NCBI GenBank assembly: GCA_013115145.1
Contig: JAAPAO010000171.1
Location: forward strand, 1 to 58,012
Length of the DNA: 58,012 nucleotides
Origin: Perkinsus chesapeaki ATCC PRA-425
Taxonomy: Eukaryota; Protista; Perkinsozoa
Direction: 5' to 3'
Shown: in pieces, positions 1 to 10,601 of the stretch
Position numbering within the stretch: position 1 is the stretch's first letter
Layout of the letters: the number at the start of each line of letters is the position of its first letter
Position numbers and translations under genes: made by a program
Notes under the pieces: model-generated
What the model was told of the DNA's origin: nothing
Databases searched by the model: none
What the model saw: the letters and a program-made list of their open reading frames with translations, nothing else

Positions 1-31
1 GGACATTCATAGTCCCCCGATTGTTTCTCAG

Positions 32-1140
32 GATTTCACAAACACTACATTCGCACACTCATTCCGCTAACCAAGAGTGGAGTAGTTCTGTATCCCCTCA
101 GTTTAGCACTTACTACAATAATCGTCAAGTGCAGGATTACCTCGGTGTCAACAAGGAGTGGACACTTCTGAACAGCCAGGTGAGATTCCCAAAAGTATGA
201 CATTGGCAGTCCTTGCTTTGTGCTTAAGAGTCTCAAGTTGAGCAGCCTAGAATTTTGCCACAGCTATTCAGAGCAAGCGACGTGATCGCTGGCGAAATGT
301 GAACCTCTCAGGTACTTGCGGCATTCGCAGCGAGCCTTGTACCCGACCATAAGTCTGTTATTGGGAAGCTTCTTAACGGAGGCCTCCGAGTGAGACCCGT
401 GAGCGCCTCGAGGATCATTGAGGACTCTGAGAGGAACCCCGACCTGACATCTCTCTCGTACAAGCTGTCACCCTCCTAACTATATTAATCTATTCACACG
501 ATCGCGATACGATGTTGCACAGATATATAATGAGAATGCCTTCCAGACTGGAAGTTCCAGTTTTAAGGACAGCGCAGCTACCACGGCACTCCTTGGTTTA
601 CCAGGTTCTTGTCTACTCTGGAGATCAAGATTATGTCTACAACTGGATAGGGAGTCGCGCCATGACATTAGCGACTGAGTGGTCTGGGCAAGGAGGATTC
701 AACAAAGCGCATGATGTTATATACAAGGTAAGAAGAAAAATAACCGAAGCTTGCATACCTCTTGGAACCGTGTGGAGTAAGGCTCACGATTAGTTCGGAT
801 GATATCGCTTCAAGAATATGTTGCATACAATAAGGTTAATGTGCGCGAATCTTCAGGATCAAAGTGGGAAGCAAATCGGGAAACTGAGAAGTTATACTGA
901 TGGTGAAAGCGGTCAACTCAACTTCATGCAGGTGAGTTCCTCAGGGACTAGTGCCAAAAGCATTAACCAACTCCAGTGTCTTTATTTATAGTCCTTATAA
1001 GCCTATGAATTATGCAATGTTAGGTCTTTGGTGGTTCTCATAACGCTGCTGCTGACGAACCCAAAGGTGTGTTAATGTTTCTACAAGACTTTATAAGCGG
1101 TCAGCTACATGACTCGCCCGGGGACACTCCAGGACTGTGA
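32..1140 (+). CDS. Serine carboxypeptidase, family S10 (CPY-like), 3' part; 5' end lies outside the window
   Basis: GT-AG exons ~32-179, 312-389, 605-727, 857-931 and 1024-1140 join in frame: [28 protein letters not shown]...[36 protein letters not shown]...F/...[20 protein letters not shown]...TGA. This matches the S10 motifs VLIYxGDxDxxCNWxG (catalytic Asp) and V..AGHMVPxDQP (catalytic His). Confidence 0.85.
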
Positions 1141-1149
1141 TTGTAATTT

Positions 1150-3020
1150 CTGATTACACCTCCTTGAAAGCTTAAGATATCTCTGAGAGTAGCGACGTAA
1201 CGTCGCCGACGTTGACTTATCCAACCTCTGTATTCCAAGCCGTGGTACGCTTTTTTTGTTGATGTTGTTGTATTTTCCGGTGATGACAAACATAGGTTTT
1301 CTTGGTGCCAACTTTGGTTATCAACTCCGTATCATGTTGCGTTCTTTCCTGAAAGTCTCAGAATCGAAAGGTATATTTGGGAGCAATAGGCGGGCTTGGC
1401 ATAGTATGCTATAAAGCGCAGTACTCCCGCCTGTAAGCCGTGCACTGCAATGGTAATACCCACACAAGCTATCTACTTTAATGAGGAATCCTCATAGAGA
1501 ATCTCTATGCATGCTCCCAAGTTCACATCTTTGCCAAGGTTCGCGTGGCTGTTAGAGGCACGGACGCGGCATCTCTCGATGGGTTTGTAGACGTGGCCTG
1601 TCAAGTGAGGCTTAAGAGTCCTCGACGGATTCTTCCCACATGAGCAGTGTGGCATGACGATCCAGCGAAGATCTCAGTTTGCGAATTGCGAGCTTCCTGT
1701 CGCATTCATCACCGTTCGTTTGTCGAGCTACACTTTCCGGCCTCCCCTAAACTGAGTGTTGTTCTCTTTAATAGGACTCATTGTGAGTTAGGGAAGGTTT
1801 TTCTTGTGGATATCTCGAGGTCGATTCAATCAAGGCTACTGATCACTTCTTACGTGTCACTCAATGTAATCGATCCGCTAGTGCCAACTCGATACTCTAT
1901 AACAAATACCCTTGATCCAACAAGCGCGTTATCGTCTGCGAGCAGCGACTGAGGCGCGACAGCCGAACTTCCTGGCAAAGCTATTAGAACATTACTAGAA
2001 TAATAATCAGAGTCTATTATTAGACTAATAATCAGAGTCAATTATTAGACTAATAATCAGAGTCTATTATTAGACTAATAATCAGAGTCTATTATTAGAC
2101 TAATACTGCCAGTACACAACTGCTATTACAACACAAGAAGGCAGAATAAATGAGAATAACTGAAATCGATAGACATAAGGCTGCGCTATAACAGCAAGGT
2201 TCTGACATGAAGGTAGTATAAGCCCGCCGAGCCTTCTCGGCTTCAGGGTTGGCCTAATAAATAAGTTTGACAGACCGATTGAGAAAGAAGATGGTACTAA
2301 CAGCTTCAACGGAATGATGGTTAATGACCATCCCCCCGGAGATTACCCGGGCCGTGAACTATAGAGGCTGTAATGGGTGATATTCTCAACCAATGCAGTA
2401 GCAGGAGCAACCACCTCTCCTGTGTTCACAGCGGCAGAAATCGCCACAGTCATCACAGAAGTTTAGGCAACTTGCATTCAGGCGACCTGTGAAAGCATTA
2501 TGGTCGAGGCTGGTGGCCATCACGATCGTCACATAAGTGAAGAAGGTTCGCATGAGGAGAAGGGAGTCGGAAACAATTATAAACTAACATAGCCATTATT
2601 CCTGTCATCTTTCTTCGCAACAATACGTTCTCCTCTACAGTCCTCAGATTGAGGGTGAGACCGCCATCGAAACCGTGCAATGGCATTTCCCGCCCGGAGC
2701 ATGCAGCATTACGGCGCTGCGCCTTGTGGCCTGCCGCCGGCTGTTTACTGAACATAACCCGGGTCTCTCTCCAGCTTCATCGAATTCGTACTGTATCATT
2801 CAGCACCAACTAGGCATCAGCGCCCAGAAAGATGCGTATACGATAAATTGTGCGATGTGACATACCATGTGATAACCGATAGTCACATCAGCCCAAATCG
2901 CGGGGACAGCCATATCGTTAATCTCCGCCGCCAGGCTGCAGCCCGGGATGGCCCCTGACCAATGTGAGCATTACGCTTAGCATTGCCACTGAAAAAGCCC
3001 GACGTTCTGTACTGGTCATG
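1150..3020 (-). other. Probable multi-exon gene or pseudogene of unknown function
   Basis: Protein-like stretches with minus-strand GT/AG signals (AEINDMAVPAIWADVTIGYHM|gtatg; LLMRTFFTYVTIVMATSLD; ALPGSSAV...ITLSDT|gtaag). I could not build a consistent model or recognise a family. Confidence 0.3.
2001..2105. repeat. 25-bp tandem repeat, ~4.2 copies, each containing a palindrome
   Basis: Unit TAATAATCAGAGTCTATTATTAGAC at 2001, 2026 (one T>A change), 2051 and 2076. ATTATTAG-A-CTAATAAT is an 8-bp inverted repeat spanning unit junctions. Confidence 0.95.
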
Positions 3021-3364
3021 AGTACGAGCTCTAGAAGAATGATCATCACCACTCATTGATGATCGGACTTCTGATCATGTACAGAACAAGCTTCGTGCAT
3101 GTCTAGCGATTTAATCACCGACATCGTGCGTCCATGTCAGATAGCATCATCACACTCAATCTAATGGGTGTTGACAGATCGTACAGAACAAGTCAAATCT
3201 CTCATCGGAGACATCGGGCTAGGCTCTGCGATTCAACGAAGTGTGGCTGCACTTAAACATGAACTAAAGATTGCCGTGAAAATGAAAATAATTAATCAAT
3301 CATCATACTTGAGACGTTCACATGAGTAATAGCTTCGACTACATTGTAAAGATTCATGCAAATT

Positions 3365-3586
3365 CTACAAAGTCACAATGAGTTTCTCATAGCCTCGAGC
3401 ACTGCTGCCAGCAGCGCCTTCATCCAGAGCGATCACTTCCCCATCAGCGGTCACACCTTGGAAGGATAACCCTTCCGATTGATCGAGTAGGTGACGGATC
3501 TTGGCATCTTTACGTAGCTTTTGGAGAAGCTGGCTCGAAAGGAGGCCTTTTGGCCAGAAAGAAAACTGAGTAACAATTAACAGCAT
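3365..3586 (-). CDS. Probable terminal exon of a small hypothetical protein
   Basis: Open, globular-looking frame GLLSSQLLQKLRKDAKIRHLLDQSEGLSFQGVTADGEVIALDEG...YEKLIVTL*; upstream exons not resolved. Confidence 0.3.
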   Translation of the reverse strand: MLLIVTQFSFWPKGLLSSQLLQKLRKDAKIRHLLDQSEGLSFQGVTADGEVIALDEGAAGSSARGYEKLIVTL

Positions 3587-3862
3587 TATGGAATCGACGA
3601 AGGAAGCTGGGAAAGTTTATCAGGCTAGGAACTGCCGAGCCACATCCACTAGACGAGAATCGAGAGGGAGACAGTGTGTCCAAATATGGAGTAGTATGCG
3701 TGACTCATATAGTCTATAGTCTCCCTTCTAGACTCATAACAAGTCTATTCCGAGTCGCACGTTCCGTTCACTCCTGTGAGACGTGTCGAGTGTGCCATTA
3801 TCGACGTCACGCGATGCTTACGCCTTTTAGATCACATAAGTCTCGTCCTTTATGTCTGACGG

Positions 3863-4554
3863 TCAAGTCCATCTCCACCAGGTAGATGGGTTCAACCTGT
3901 CAAAAGTAACAATCAGCGACATAAACATCGCTCACCTCCATACGTCTTTTCTTCTTCGCCGTTGTCGAAGTCATTGGCGTGCGGATATTCGACACAGCGG
4001 CTCGTGTTAGGGGAGTTTCTAAACGACAGTTACACTTCCTTTTCACAGTCTAACCAGCACGACTCACTCGGACCATCTCTAGAATGCGAGAAGGTGCTCA
4101 TGAATGAGTCCCGCTTTCCTTCGTTCATCGGTGATGGGTTCGCCTTACCCCGAACGCCCCCGATCGCCTTCTTCGCCCTCCCTCTCGTGCCGGTTACCTT
4201 TCCTGTGCAAAGTTCGGTATGACTTGCTGTTGAGCGACAGCTAACAGCTGGCGACGCCTCATGGTCCTCTGCATCCACGTCTGCGTTACTGTTGTCGTCT
4301 TCGGCAGTCGAGGAGTTGTGGACCACTGTAGCTTCCAGAAAGGATGCGCTCAACGGATAGAAGATAGTTTCATCCTCATCGGCAACATGTGCGGCTGCTG
4401 GACGACGCTTCTGTAAAGTCCGCAGTTGATCCCTCAGCGAATCAACATTGCTAGTCAACTTGTCCATCTTCTCCTCCAGGATGTCGAATCTACTCACCAT
4501 GTAATCTTGCAACGCAGCTATCTCATCGCCGATGTTCTTCAGCGACATGCACAA
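3863..4554 (-). CDS. Hypothetical protein with N-terminal coiled coil and low-complexity region
   Basis: 174-aa ORF with heptads (IAALQDYMVSRFDILEEKMDKLTSNVDSLRDQLRTLQK). Plausible GT-AG splicing gives ...KKKDVWRLNPSTWWRWT* ending at 3863. Confidence 0.55.
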
Positions 4555-4749
4555 CTGATAACCCTATTTGTAAAGACAGTTACCACTTGTGCCTAGAAGG
4601 CCGGCGTCCCGAACCAGAGACCAGCCCAGCGTAACAACTAAATTCGAGGCGATAAAAGAAAAAAACAATGTCGCAACGCAGAATTATGAAACAAATGTCC
4701 TGACGCTTCCGAGAGAGATCGGCTAGACCTTGAGTTAATGGCAAAGATA

Positions 4750-6276
4750 TCATACTCGGGGTCGCTTGGATGCAGCAGACGGGTCCTCGGCAGCACGTTT
4801 GCTAGTGGTCTTGAGTGGCTTGAAGAATGCTTTTATCCCACCAGAAGAGGCTCTTCCTTCTTCTCCTATGCCACCCCACTTCTTCACGTAAGCTTGAACA
4901 TCAAACTTTCTCTTACATCCATCGTATGTCATATAACGTATCTTGCCGAAGATGGGCCGTTCCGCCCACCCTTGGTCGTGAACGCCACCGATGCTCCAAG
5001 CGCATCCGACATAGCCGTTTGGATCTCGTCCGTCAAGCTCGTACTTGTCGTTCAAGTAAATAGCGAACTGCAGTGCTTGTCGAGGGCTGGCCGTCCACTC
5101 GAGGATCTTCTTGCCCCAGTACATCCTCAAGTAGCCTTGCATTTTGCCATGCTTCATCATTTCGTTCTGACAGGCGTTCCACAGCTCATCGTGGGTCAGC
5201 GCCTTCTCTAGCGTTTCTAAATCGTATAGGTATTTCCGCTTGTCCTTCGCGTGGTCGTTGAGAGTTTTTTGGGCCCAACTGTGGAACCCCTCAAACGAAT
5301 CATAATTTTGGTTATAGTAGCAGAAGTTGTCAGCTAGTTCGCGGCGTATAAAGGCTTCTTCGACAAAAGCATCTCGGTCGGGCTTCGGCACCGATGTCGC
5401 TCTGGAGACTTCCATAACGGCCCTCTGAGGGCTTATCATGCCATAGTGGAAGTAGGGGCTCAAGTCAGATGTGGCGTCCTTAGTGGGATCATTACGTTTC
5501 TTGTTGTAACCCTTCATGCACTTGACAAAATTGTGCAAATGCTCTAGACCAGCATCCTCGCCCGCTACGAGCCACGAGACAGGTTTTACAGTGTGGTCCA
5601 GATGACCCAGCAACGCCTCGTCATTAAGTAATCTATCGAACTCGGAGTCCTCTGTAACCTCGAATCCCTCGCCGCCATAAGGGTATGGGTGGCGCTCTAC
5701 TTGAGGATAATCAGTGGCGTAGGTATCCCAGTGGCGCCACAATCGCGGTCTGATGGTCCGGGCCGCGTACTCCTGCTTGTCAGAGGCTACCCAACAGGGG
5801 ACCACGTTATGAGCATCCACTTGGTCAAACTTGATCTTGAGGCGCTGAGCTTCCTTTTTAAAAGACTCCTCCCATTCCTTGCTCACCCTCAAAGGCGTGA
5901 AGTCGGTCACAACGTGACTGGCTTGGAGATTCTTGGCGATATCTGCCAGGCGAGCGGGAAAGTCGTCGGCGTAGTCAACACGGAAGGCTATGCCTTTATC
6001 CTTCAGGTTCTTCGCAACCACCCGCAGACCGGCAACCTTGAAAGCGTGCTGCCGAAGCGCACCGCCAAGGTAGCCAATGGTGAGGTTGTAGACGACCACT
6101 AGGGGTTGCTTCCCCTTGAGCGCCAAACTCTGGGCGTAGAGGAGAGCCCAGTTGTCCTTGGAGCGAATCTCACGACTCATCCAGTAGATAACGGCGCCGG
6201 TAGGTTGATCAGGGCAATCGGGAGGGGAATGGAGGCAGCGGACGCGGCCTTGGTGGACTACTGGAATGGCGGGCAT
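4750..6276 (-). CDS. PHR: Class II CPD photolyase, intronless, 508 aa
   Basis: Class II motifs YWMSRE.R..DNWALLYA, RRELADNFCYYN, DELWNA, RMYWGKKILEW and YELDGRDPNGY.G.AWSIGGVHD..W.ER.IFGKIRYM. First ATG at 6276; the track start at 6288 is not ATG. Confidence 0.97.
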   Translation of the reverse strand: MPAIPVVHQGRVRCLHSPPDCPDQPTGAVIYWMSREIRSKDNWALLYAQSLALKGKQPLVVVYNLTIGYLGGALRQHAFKVAGLRVVAKNLKDKGIAFRVDYADDFPARLADIAKNLQASHVVTDFTPLRVSKEWEESFKKEAQRLKIKFDQVDAHNVVPCWVASDKQEYAARTIRPRLWRHWDTYATDYPQVERHPYPYGGEGFEVTEDSEFDRLLNDEALLGHLDHTVKPVSWLVAGEDAGLEHLHNFVKCMKGYNKKRNDPTKDATSDLSPYFHYGMISPQRAVMEVSRATSVPKPDRDAFVEEAFIRRELADNFCYYNQNYDSFEGFHSWAQKTLNDHAKDKRKYLYDLETLEKALTHDELWNACQNEMMKHGKMQGYLRMYWGKKILEWTASPRQALQFAIYLNDKYELDGRDPNGYVGCAWSIGGVHDQGWAERPIFGKIRYMTYDGCKRKFDVQAYVKKWGGIGEEGRASSGGIKAFFKPLKTTSKRAAEDPSAASKRPRV

Positions 6277-7163
6277 CAGACAACACAACCAAGCTGCGCT
6301 GGTTTGTTATTATAAATGGACGAGGCAAATCGTGCCACTATGAGTAGGAGTATGAGGATATTTCCACTCGAATGCCAATGGTACCGTGAATTGGATTCTC
6401 GAGGATATATTTTACTGGAAAATATATATAACTGTATATATCTTAATGTGAAATCCTTACATTAGCACCTCCACATACACCAAAACTCACGTAAGGGGGA
6501 CTAGAAGGAGCCACAAACAGACTGCCCTGCAAGGAAGCTCTGTCCCGGCGGACAAGAAAGAGACGGCAACACGTGAAGATATTAATGATTATCACAAAGC
6601 AAGTGTAAATGGTAACGGCTGGTCATTGAGGAGACGAAACTAATCCCCGCGGTGGACTGTGAAGTGTCACTCTAACTCGAGCTGGAGAGTGCGGAGTTTC
6701 TAGCCCAGCCTCGGCCACCTCGGTCACATTTTCTGAATCTCCCATTGTGTCGCGTGTTTTGCAACATACAATAAATAAAATAAAACACTTCCAGTGTCAA
6801 CGACATCGACAACCAGAAATAGCTATATGAATTTCCTACTCATTCGTTTATCGTAAACACCAGAGATGAGACCTGAGGAGGTCAGTGAAGCAGCATCAGA
6901 AAGCGGTGAGATAACACTTGCTGTCTTTCCGGCACCCCAGACTGATAAGAAGCGATATCTAAAACAACTGAATGAGGAGCCTAGTACGATTATCGGCTGC
7001 TCATTTAACCATGTAATGCTTTGATGGGCACAAGCACAGGAAAGCTCTCTTTCTAGGAACTTCCCAAAGGGGTAGCCCTCAAAAACCGAAGCCGACCCCC
7101 ACAATGTGACTGCAACACAAAGCACTGATTTCAATAGTACAGTGACACAAAGTAGTAAATCGC

Positions 7164-9020
7164 TCAATCTTCATCAGCACTCACGAAGCCGCTCTCCAAC
7201 TTATCCTCAGCCTCACACAACTCGTTCGTGGCTCGACACTGCAATCGCTTCTTTAAGGCATGTCGTTTGAACTTGATGGTCATATCGAAATACCCACCAC
7301 TGGGCTTGGCCCCTGCATAGCTCTGGATGGTGTTGCTCATCATCGACAGGAAACTAGTCCGAGCCTTCGGCGTTGGATCTATCTGCTGTAACCGCCATGC
7401 TAGGTTGTTCATCTGTTCCATTACGTCCTCAGCCGCTTCCCATTCTCCTTTATCTGCCAGCGCTTGCCCCTTCACAAGCAGCGCCACAAGGCAGGTCCCC
7501 GACCAGTAGGGTCGCATCACTGCCGGGCCGGCGGACTCCGGGACAGGTTGAGGTGGTAGAAGTTGGTCCTCTCGCTCAGCTACCCAGTCTGATAGAGCAA
7601 TGGCCTCATCTGCATCTCCAGCAAGCCGACTAAGCTCAGCCAACAGCACGTTCTTGCGAGCTTCATCCTGTACGCTAGACACTTTAGCGCTTGCCAACAT
7701 GTCCCTAAGAGGGCCTTTAATAACCGACAATGATGCCTTGCTCAGACAGTAAAAGCCGAGCATCATTATCTCTACTATTTCAATGGCCGGGCTGATCGAA
7801 TCCGGATCTTTCGCGTTTTCCTCCAGTTTCTTGAAAGCCCACATATCTGACGCACGCCAATTCGACTTCTTCATCGCCCGATACTTCTCCACACGTTCGA
7901 CACAGGATTGATAATCCTGTCCCGTCAGTTTTCTCAACATCGCCTCGATCACCCCGAAGAACGGCACATATGTCCGTCTGCCCACTTGCTCATGGCAAAG
8001 ACTCGCTTTCCTAACGCATCCGATCGCCTCCGTCCACTCCGCACAAAGCATATGGAACACGGCCTTTTTAATATTCACCACCAATGCCAGCGCCGGTCTC
8101 TCACACGCCTCTCCCGCTTCATCCATGGTCCTAAGCGCTCGCTCCGGGCTTCGCCGGACCGCATGGTACTCCGCCATTTCGATCAAGTAGACGCAGCTGC
8201 CCTTGTATTTCTTCAAGCCCTTTTCTAGGATATTTCGGACCTCTTCAAGGTCCTCATTCGACGGTGACTCCCCCATAAACGGTCCCATCTGCAGGTGATA
8301 CGCAGCCAGAACCAAAGCCGCATAGGGCGCCAACAGACCGTCCTCCTCATAACACTTCTCCAGCAACCCCACCGATGCCCCTCTGTTGCTCCCATCGAAC
8401 CCTACCAGCTCCGCAACAGTAACGATCGAGCCCGGAAGCATGGATACGACAAGATTCAAAGTCCCGATGACAAAATTTCCCAGCGACTTGACGACATCCG
8501 CCTCGTAGCCTTCATACTCCAACACTTCCTTCTCCATAGATTTTATCCACGTCCAGCTTCTTGTTAAATTCACACCGGCTTTTACAAATGACTGCTGTAA
8601 TATCTGTACAATACCACCAAACATGTAACACATCCCTCTGAGGAACCTTTGCCCCACCCATTGGTCCGGACTCTCCGCAGCAAGCTTCTCCGTCAACCAG
8701 ACTCGACTGAGGCAATCGTCCAGCTGATCGTTTGCAAAGGAGGCCATTCCATCCAGCAAGCTCGCCAACGCCCATTGGAACGCATAAGCTGGGCGTAAAT
8801 CATGGCCGTGTTTCGGCACAGGCAGCATCTCGTACTCGGAGTTAACAAAAATTCCGCCTCGGAAGATTCTCTCGGCATCATCGAACTTGTTGAGAAACAC
8901 ACAAGCTGTCCCCTCCTTGAGCCTGGTCAACTCCTCCACCCACAACTTAGCATCGTCCACAGCTTCATCCGTACGAGATGCCCTCCTCTCTATCGTGGCA
9001 CTACGGCCATCAGCGCTCAT
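7164..9020 (-). CDS. TTC39/IML2 (DUF3808)-like TPR-type protein, intronless, 618 aa
   Basis: Long ORF from ATG 9020. Pattern F.NKFDDAE..F ... GFVKAG.NL.RSW ... G.F..GT.NLVVSMLP.....V.ELVGF.G..R..GL ... APYA.LVL resembles the TTC39 family; helical-repeat composition. Confidence 0.75.
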   Translation of the reverse strand: MSADGRSATIERRASRTDEAVDDAKLWVEELTRLKEGTACVFLNKFDDAERIFRGGIFVNSEYEMLPVPKHGHDLRPAYAFQWALASLLDGMASFANDQLDDCLSRVWLTEKLAAESPDQWVGQRFLRGMCYMFGGIVQILQQSFVKAGVNLTRSWTWIKSMEKEVLEYEGYEADVVKSLGNFVIGTLNLVVSMLPGSIVTVAELVGFDGSNRGASVGLLEKCYEEDGLLAPYAALVLAAYHLQMGPFMGESPSNEDLEEVRNILEKGLKKYKGSCVYLIEMAEYHAVRRSPERALRTMDEAGEACERPALALVVNIKKAVFHMLCAEWTEAIGCVRKASLCHEQVGRRTYVPFFGVIEAMLRKLTGQDYQSCVERVEKYRAMKKSNWRASDMWAFKKLEENAKDPDSISPAIEIVEIMMLGFYCLSKASLSVIKGPLRDMLASAKVSSVQDEARKNVLLAELSRLAGDADEAIALSDWVAEREDQLLPPQPVPESAGPAVMRPYWSGTCLVALLVKGQALADKGEWEAAEDVMEQMNNLAWRLQQIDPTPKARTSFLSMMSNTIQSYAGAKPSGGYFDMTIKFKRHALKKRLQCRATNELCEAEDKLESGFVSADED

Positions 9021-9312
9021 TTGCTAAAATATGAAATACAAACTGCCACCAAATATGTCCCCCTTTCTATTAACTCAACGCAATAAACAACTGTTATCGC
9101 GCAAACTGAGGAACTACGCGGGGCCAAGTTCGTCTTCTCAACATTGCGAGAGACAAATTGTAACATCAACGCCTCCTCCTCTTACAAGGGACGGGAAAAT
9201 GAATGCCCTCATTCAAAGAGACTAGTGCCTCATAATAGGGTTAGATACCCAGCGGACTTTATCATACCGCTATTCGCAAAATCTTAATGATGATATTAAT
9301 ATACAGTTGTCT

Positions 9313-10344
9313 TTAACAGTACTTCAGAACTTCGTCAAGATTCTCCGAGCAGATCTTATCACGACTGACAATGTTCAGCGCGTCACCGAGGGCATTGACA
9401 TCACACTGCTGAGCCAGATCAGTGGAGCTAGATACCAGATACTTAAGGGCGCTTGTCAGAACTCTAGCTCGAGTGTTGTCCTTGCCAGGAACCGCCGTAC
9501 ACTGCTCAAGAGCCTCAAGAAGGGCCGGGACGACCTCTTGCTCGGAGAGCATGGTTACGGTGAAGTCATCGGTGAGGTCCGCATTCATCAAGATTTGACA
9601 TACGCCAATAACAACGGCAACACAGGGATCCTTCACCAACGAGCTTATCATACCGTCCCTATGCAGAAGCACTGCTCGAGACGCGACACACCCGCAACCG
9701 CTCGCAAGCGCACCGGCGCCCTCGGCTCTGATCCTGGGGGACGCCTCATCTAGCATGTCAACAACAGGCGAAAGCTCTTCCTCAGAAACCTCTTCCGACT
9801 CTGGGGCTGCAGGGATCTCATCGGGAACACCGAGCTCTCCCTCGGCAGCAAGATGCTGTGTGGCTTTACGATAGACTTCATTGAAGAGCTTCCTACTGCC
9901 GCCTTGGCAACGGAAACAGACGCGGACGTGATCAGGACCGACTCGGAAGAAGTACACCATCACGGTGGTCTTATCACCATTCTTATCGTACACGTCGGAC
10001 GACAAATGGAAGTGGTCTTTATCAAACTCAAAGTCGCAAAGATCAAGCTTCTGCTCAAAGAATTCGATAAGATCATTGGCAACCTCACAAGAGTCACTCG
10101 ACGTAACATTAATTGTAGTTGGTGGATACACATACATAGGGTCCTCAGGAGCCTCCGGGGCAGGACCGGTACATCTAGCTTGCTGAACTAAACCCACCGA
10201 CTTGCCACCACTCGAGGCAGGTAACAGCCCAGGGGCCGTTAAAATATCCATGTCCAGAGCGACTCCTCTGGTCACATCAGCGACGTCACCATAGGGGTCT
10301 GAGTTACCACCAGCAACATCATCGTTATTAAATTTATCAGACAT
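9313..10344 (-). CDS. Protein with KA1-like (kinase-associated C-terminal) domain followed by ARM/HEAT-like helices, no kinase domain, intronless, 343 aa
   Basis: ORF from ATG 10344. Segment FHLSSDVY...VMVYFFR....VRVCFRCQGGSRKLFNEVY resembles the KA1 pattern (F.V.IF.....V.F.R..G....F...Y). C-terminal half is helical and repeat-like (IRAEGAGALA, VVPALLEAL). Confidence 0.6.
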   Translation of the reverse strand: MSDKFNNDDVAGGNSDPYGDVADVTRGVALDMDILTAPGLLPASSGGKSVGLVQQARCTGPAPEAPEDPMYVYPPTTINVTSSDSCEVANDLIEFFEQKLDLCDFEFDKDHFHLSSDVYDKNGDKTTVMVYFFRVGPDHVRVCFRCQGGSRKLFNEVYRKATQHLAAEGELGVPDEIPAAPESEEVSEEELSPVVDMLDEASPRIRAEGAGALASGCGCVASRAVLLHRDGMISSLVKDPCVAVVIGVCQILMNADLTDDFTVTMLSEQEVVPALLEALEQCTAVPGKDNTRARVLTSALKYLVSSSTDLAQQCDVNALGDALNIVSRDKICSENLDEVLKYC

Positions 10345-10448
10345 TTAACAATAATAATAGATTCTTTCACTTCAACACATTTCCTAACACGCGTCGACAT
10401 TGCAAAAAGCGCGCGCCATTCTAATCGATTTGATGACTCGTTCCCAAT

Positions 10449-10554
10449 GTTCATTAAACCAATTCTGAGATTCAGAATCGATTCCAGCATCGCATATTAC
10501 GTGTTAAAAGCAGTTCTGGAATCGATTCTGAATTTCAAAATCGGTTTATTGAAC
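10449..10554. repeat. Imperfect inverted repeat (~39-bp arms, ~28-bp spacer)
   Basis: GTTCATTAAACCAATTCTGAGATTCAGAATCGATTCCAG (10449-10487) versus the reverse complement of 10516-10554, GTTCAATAAACCGATTTTGAAATTCAGAATCGATTCCAG; 35/39 identical. Confidence 0.9.
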
Positions 10555-10601
10555 GATCCCGTTAACACGACACATTTCAAGTCCGTAATGTACAAGGCCG
10601 A

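Noticed and set aside
512-793. ORF first read as a C2 domain ([12 protein letters not shown])
   Set aside because: That part is intronic. The exon from 605 gives [13 protein letters not shown], which fits the S10 carboxypeptidase in phase with neighbouring exons.
4738-9753. Plus-strand ORFs overlapping the photolyase, TTC39-like and KA1-like genes
   Set aside because: Antisense shadows of GC-balanced coding sequence with no motifs.
6277-10440. Relict spliced-leader sequence upstream of the intronless genes
   Set aside because: I saw no match to the CCGTAGCCAT..TGGCTCAAG-type leader upstream of any of the three ATGs.
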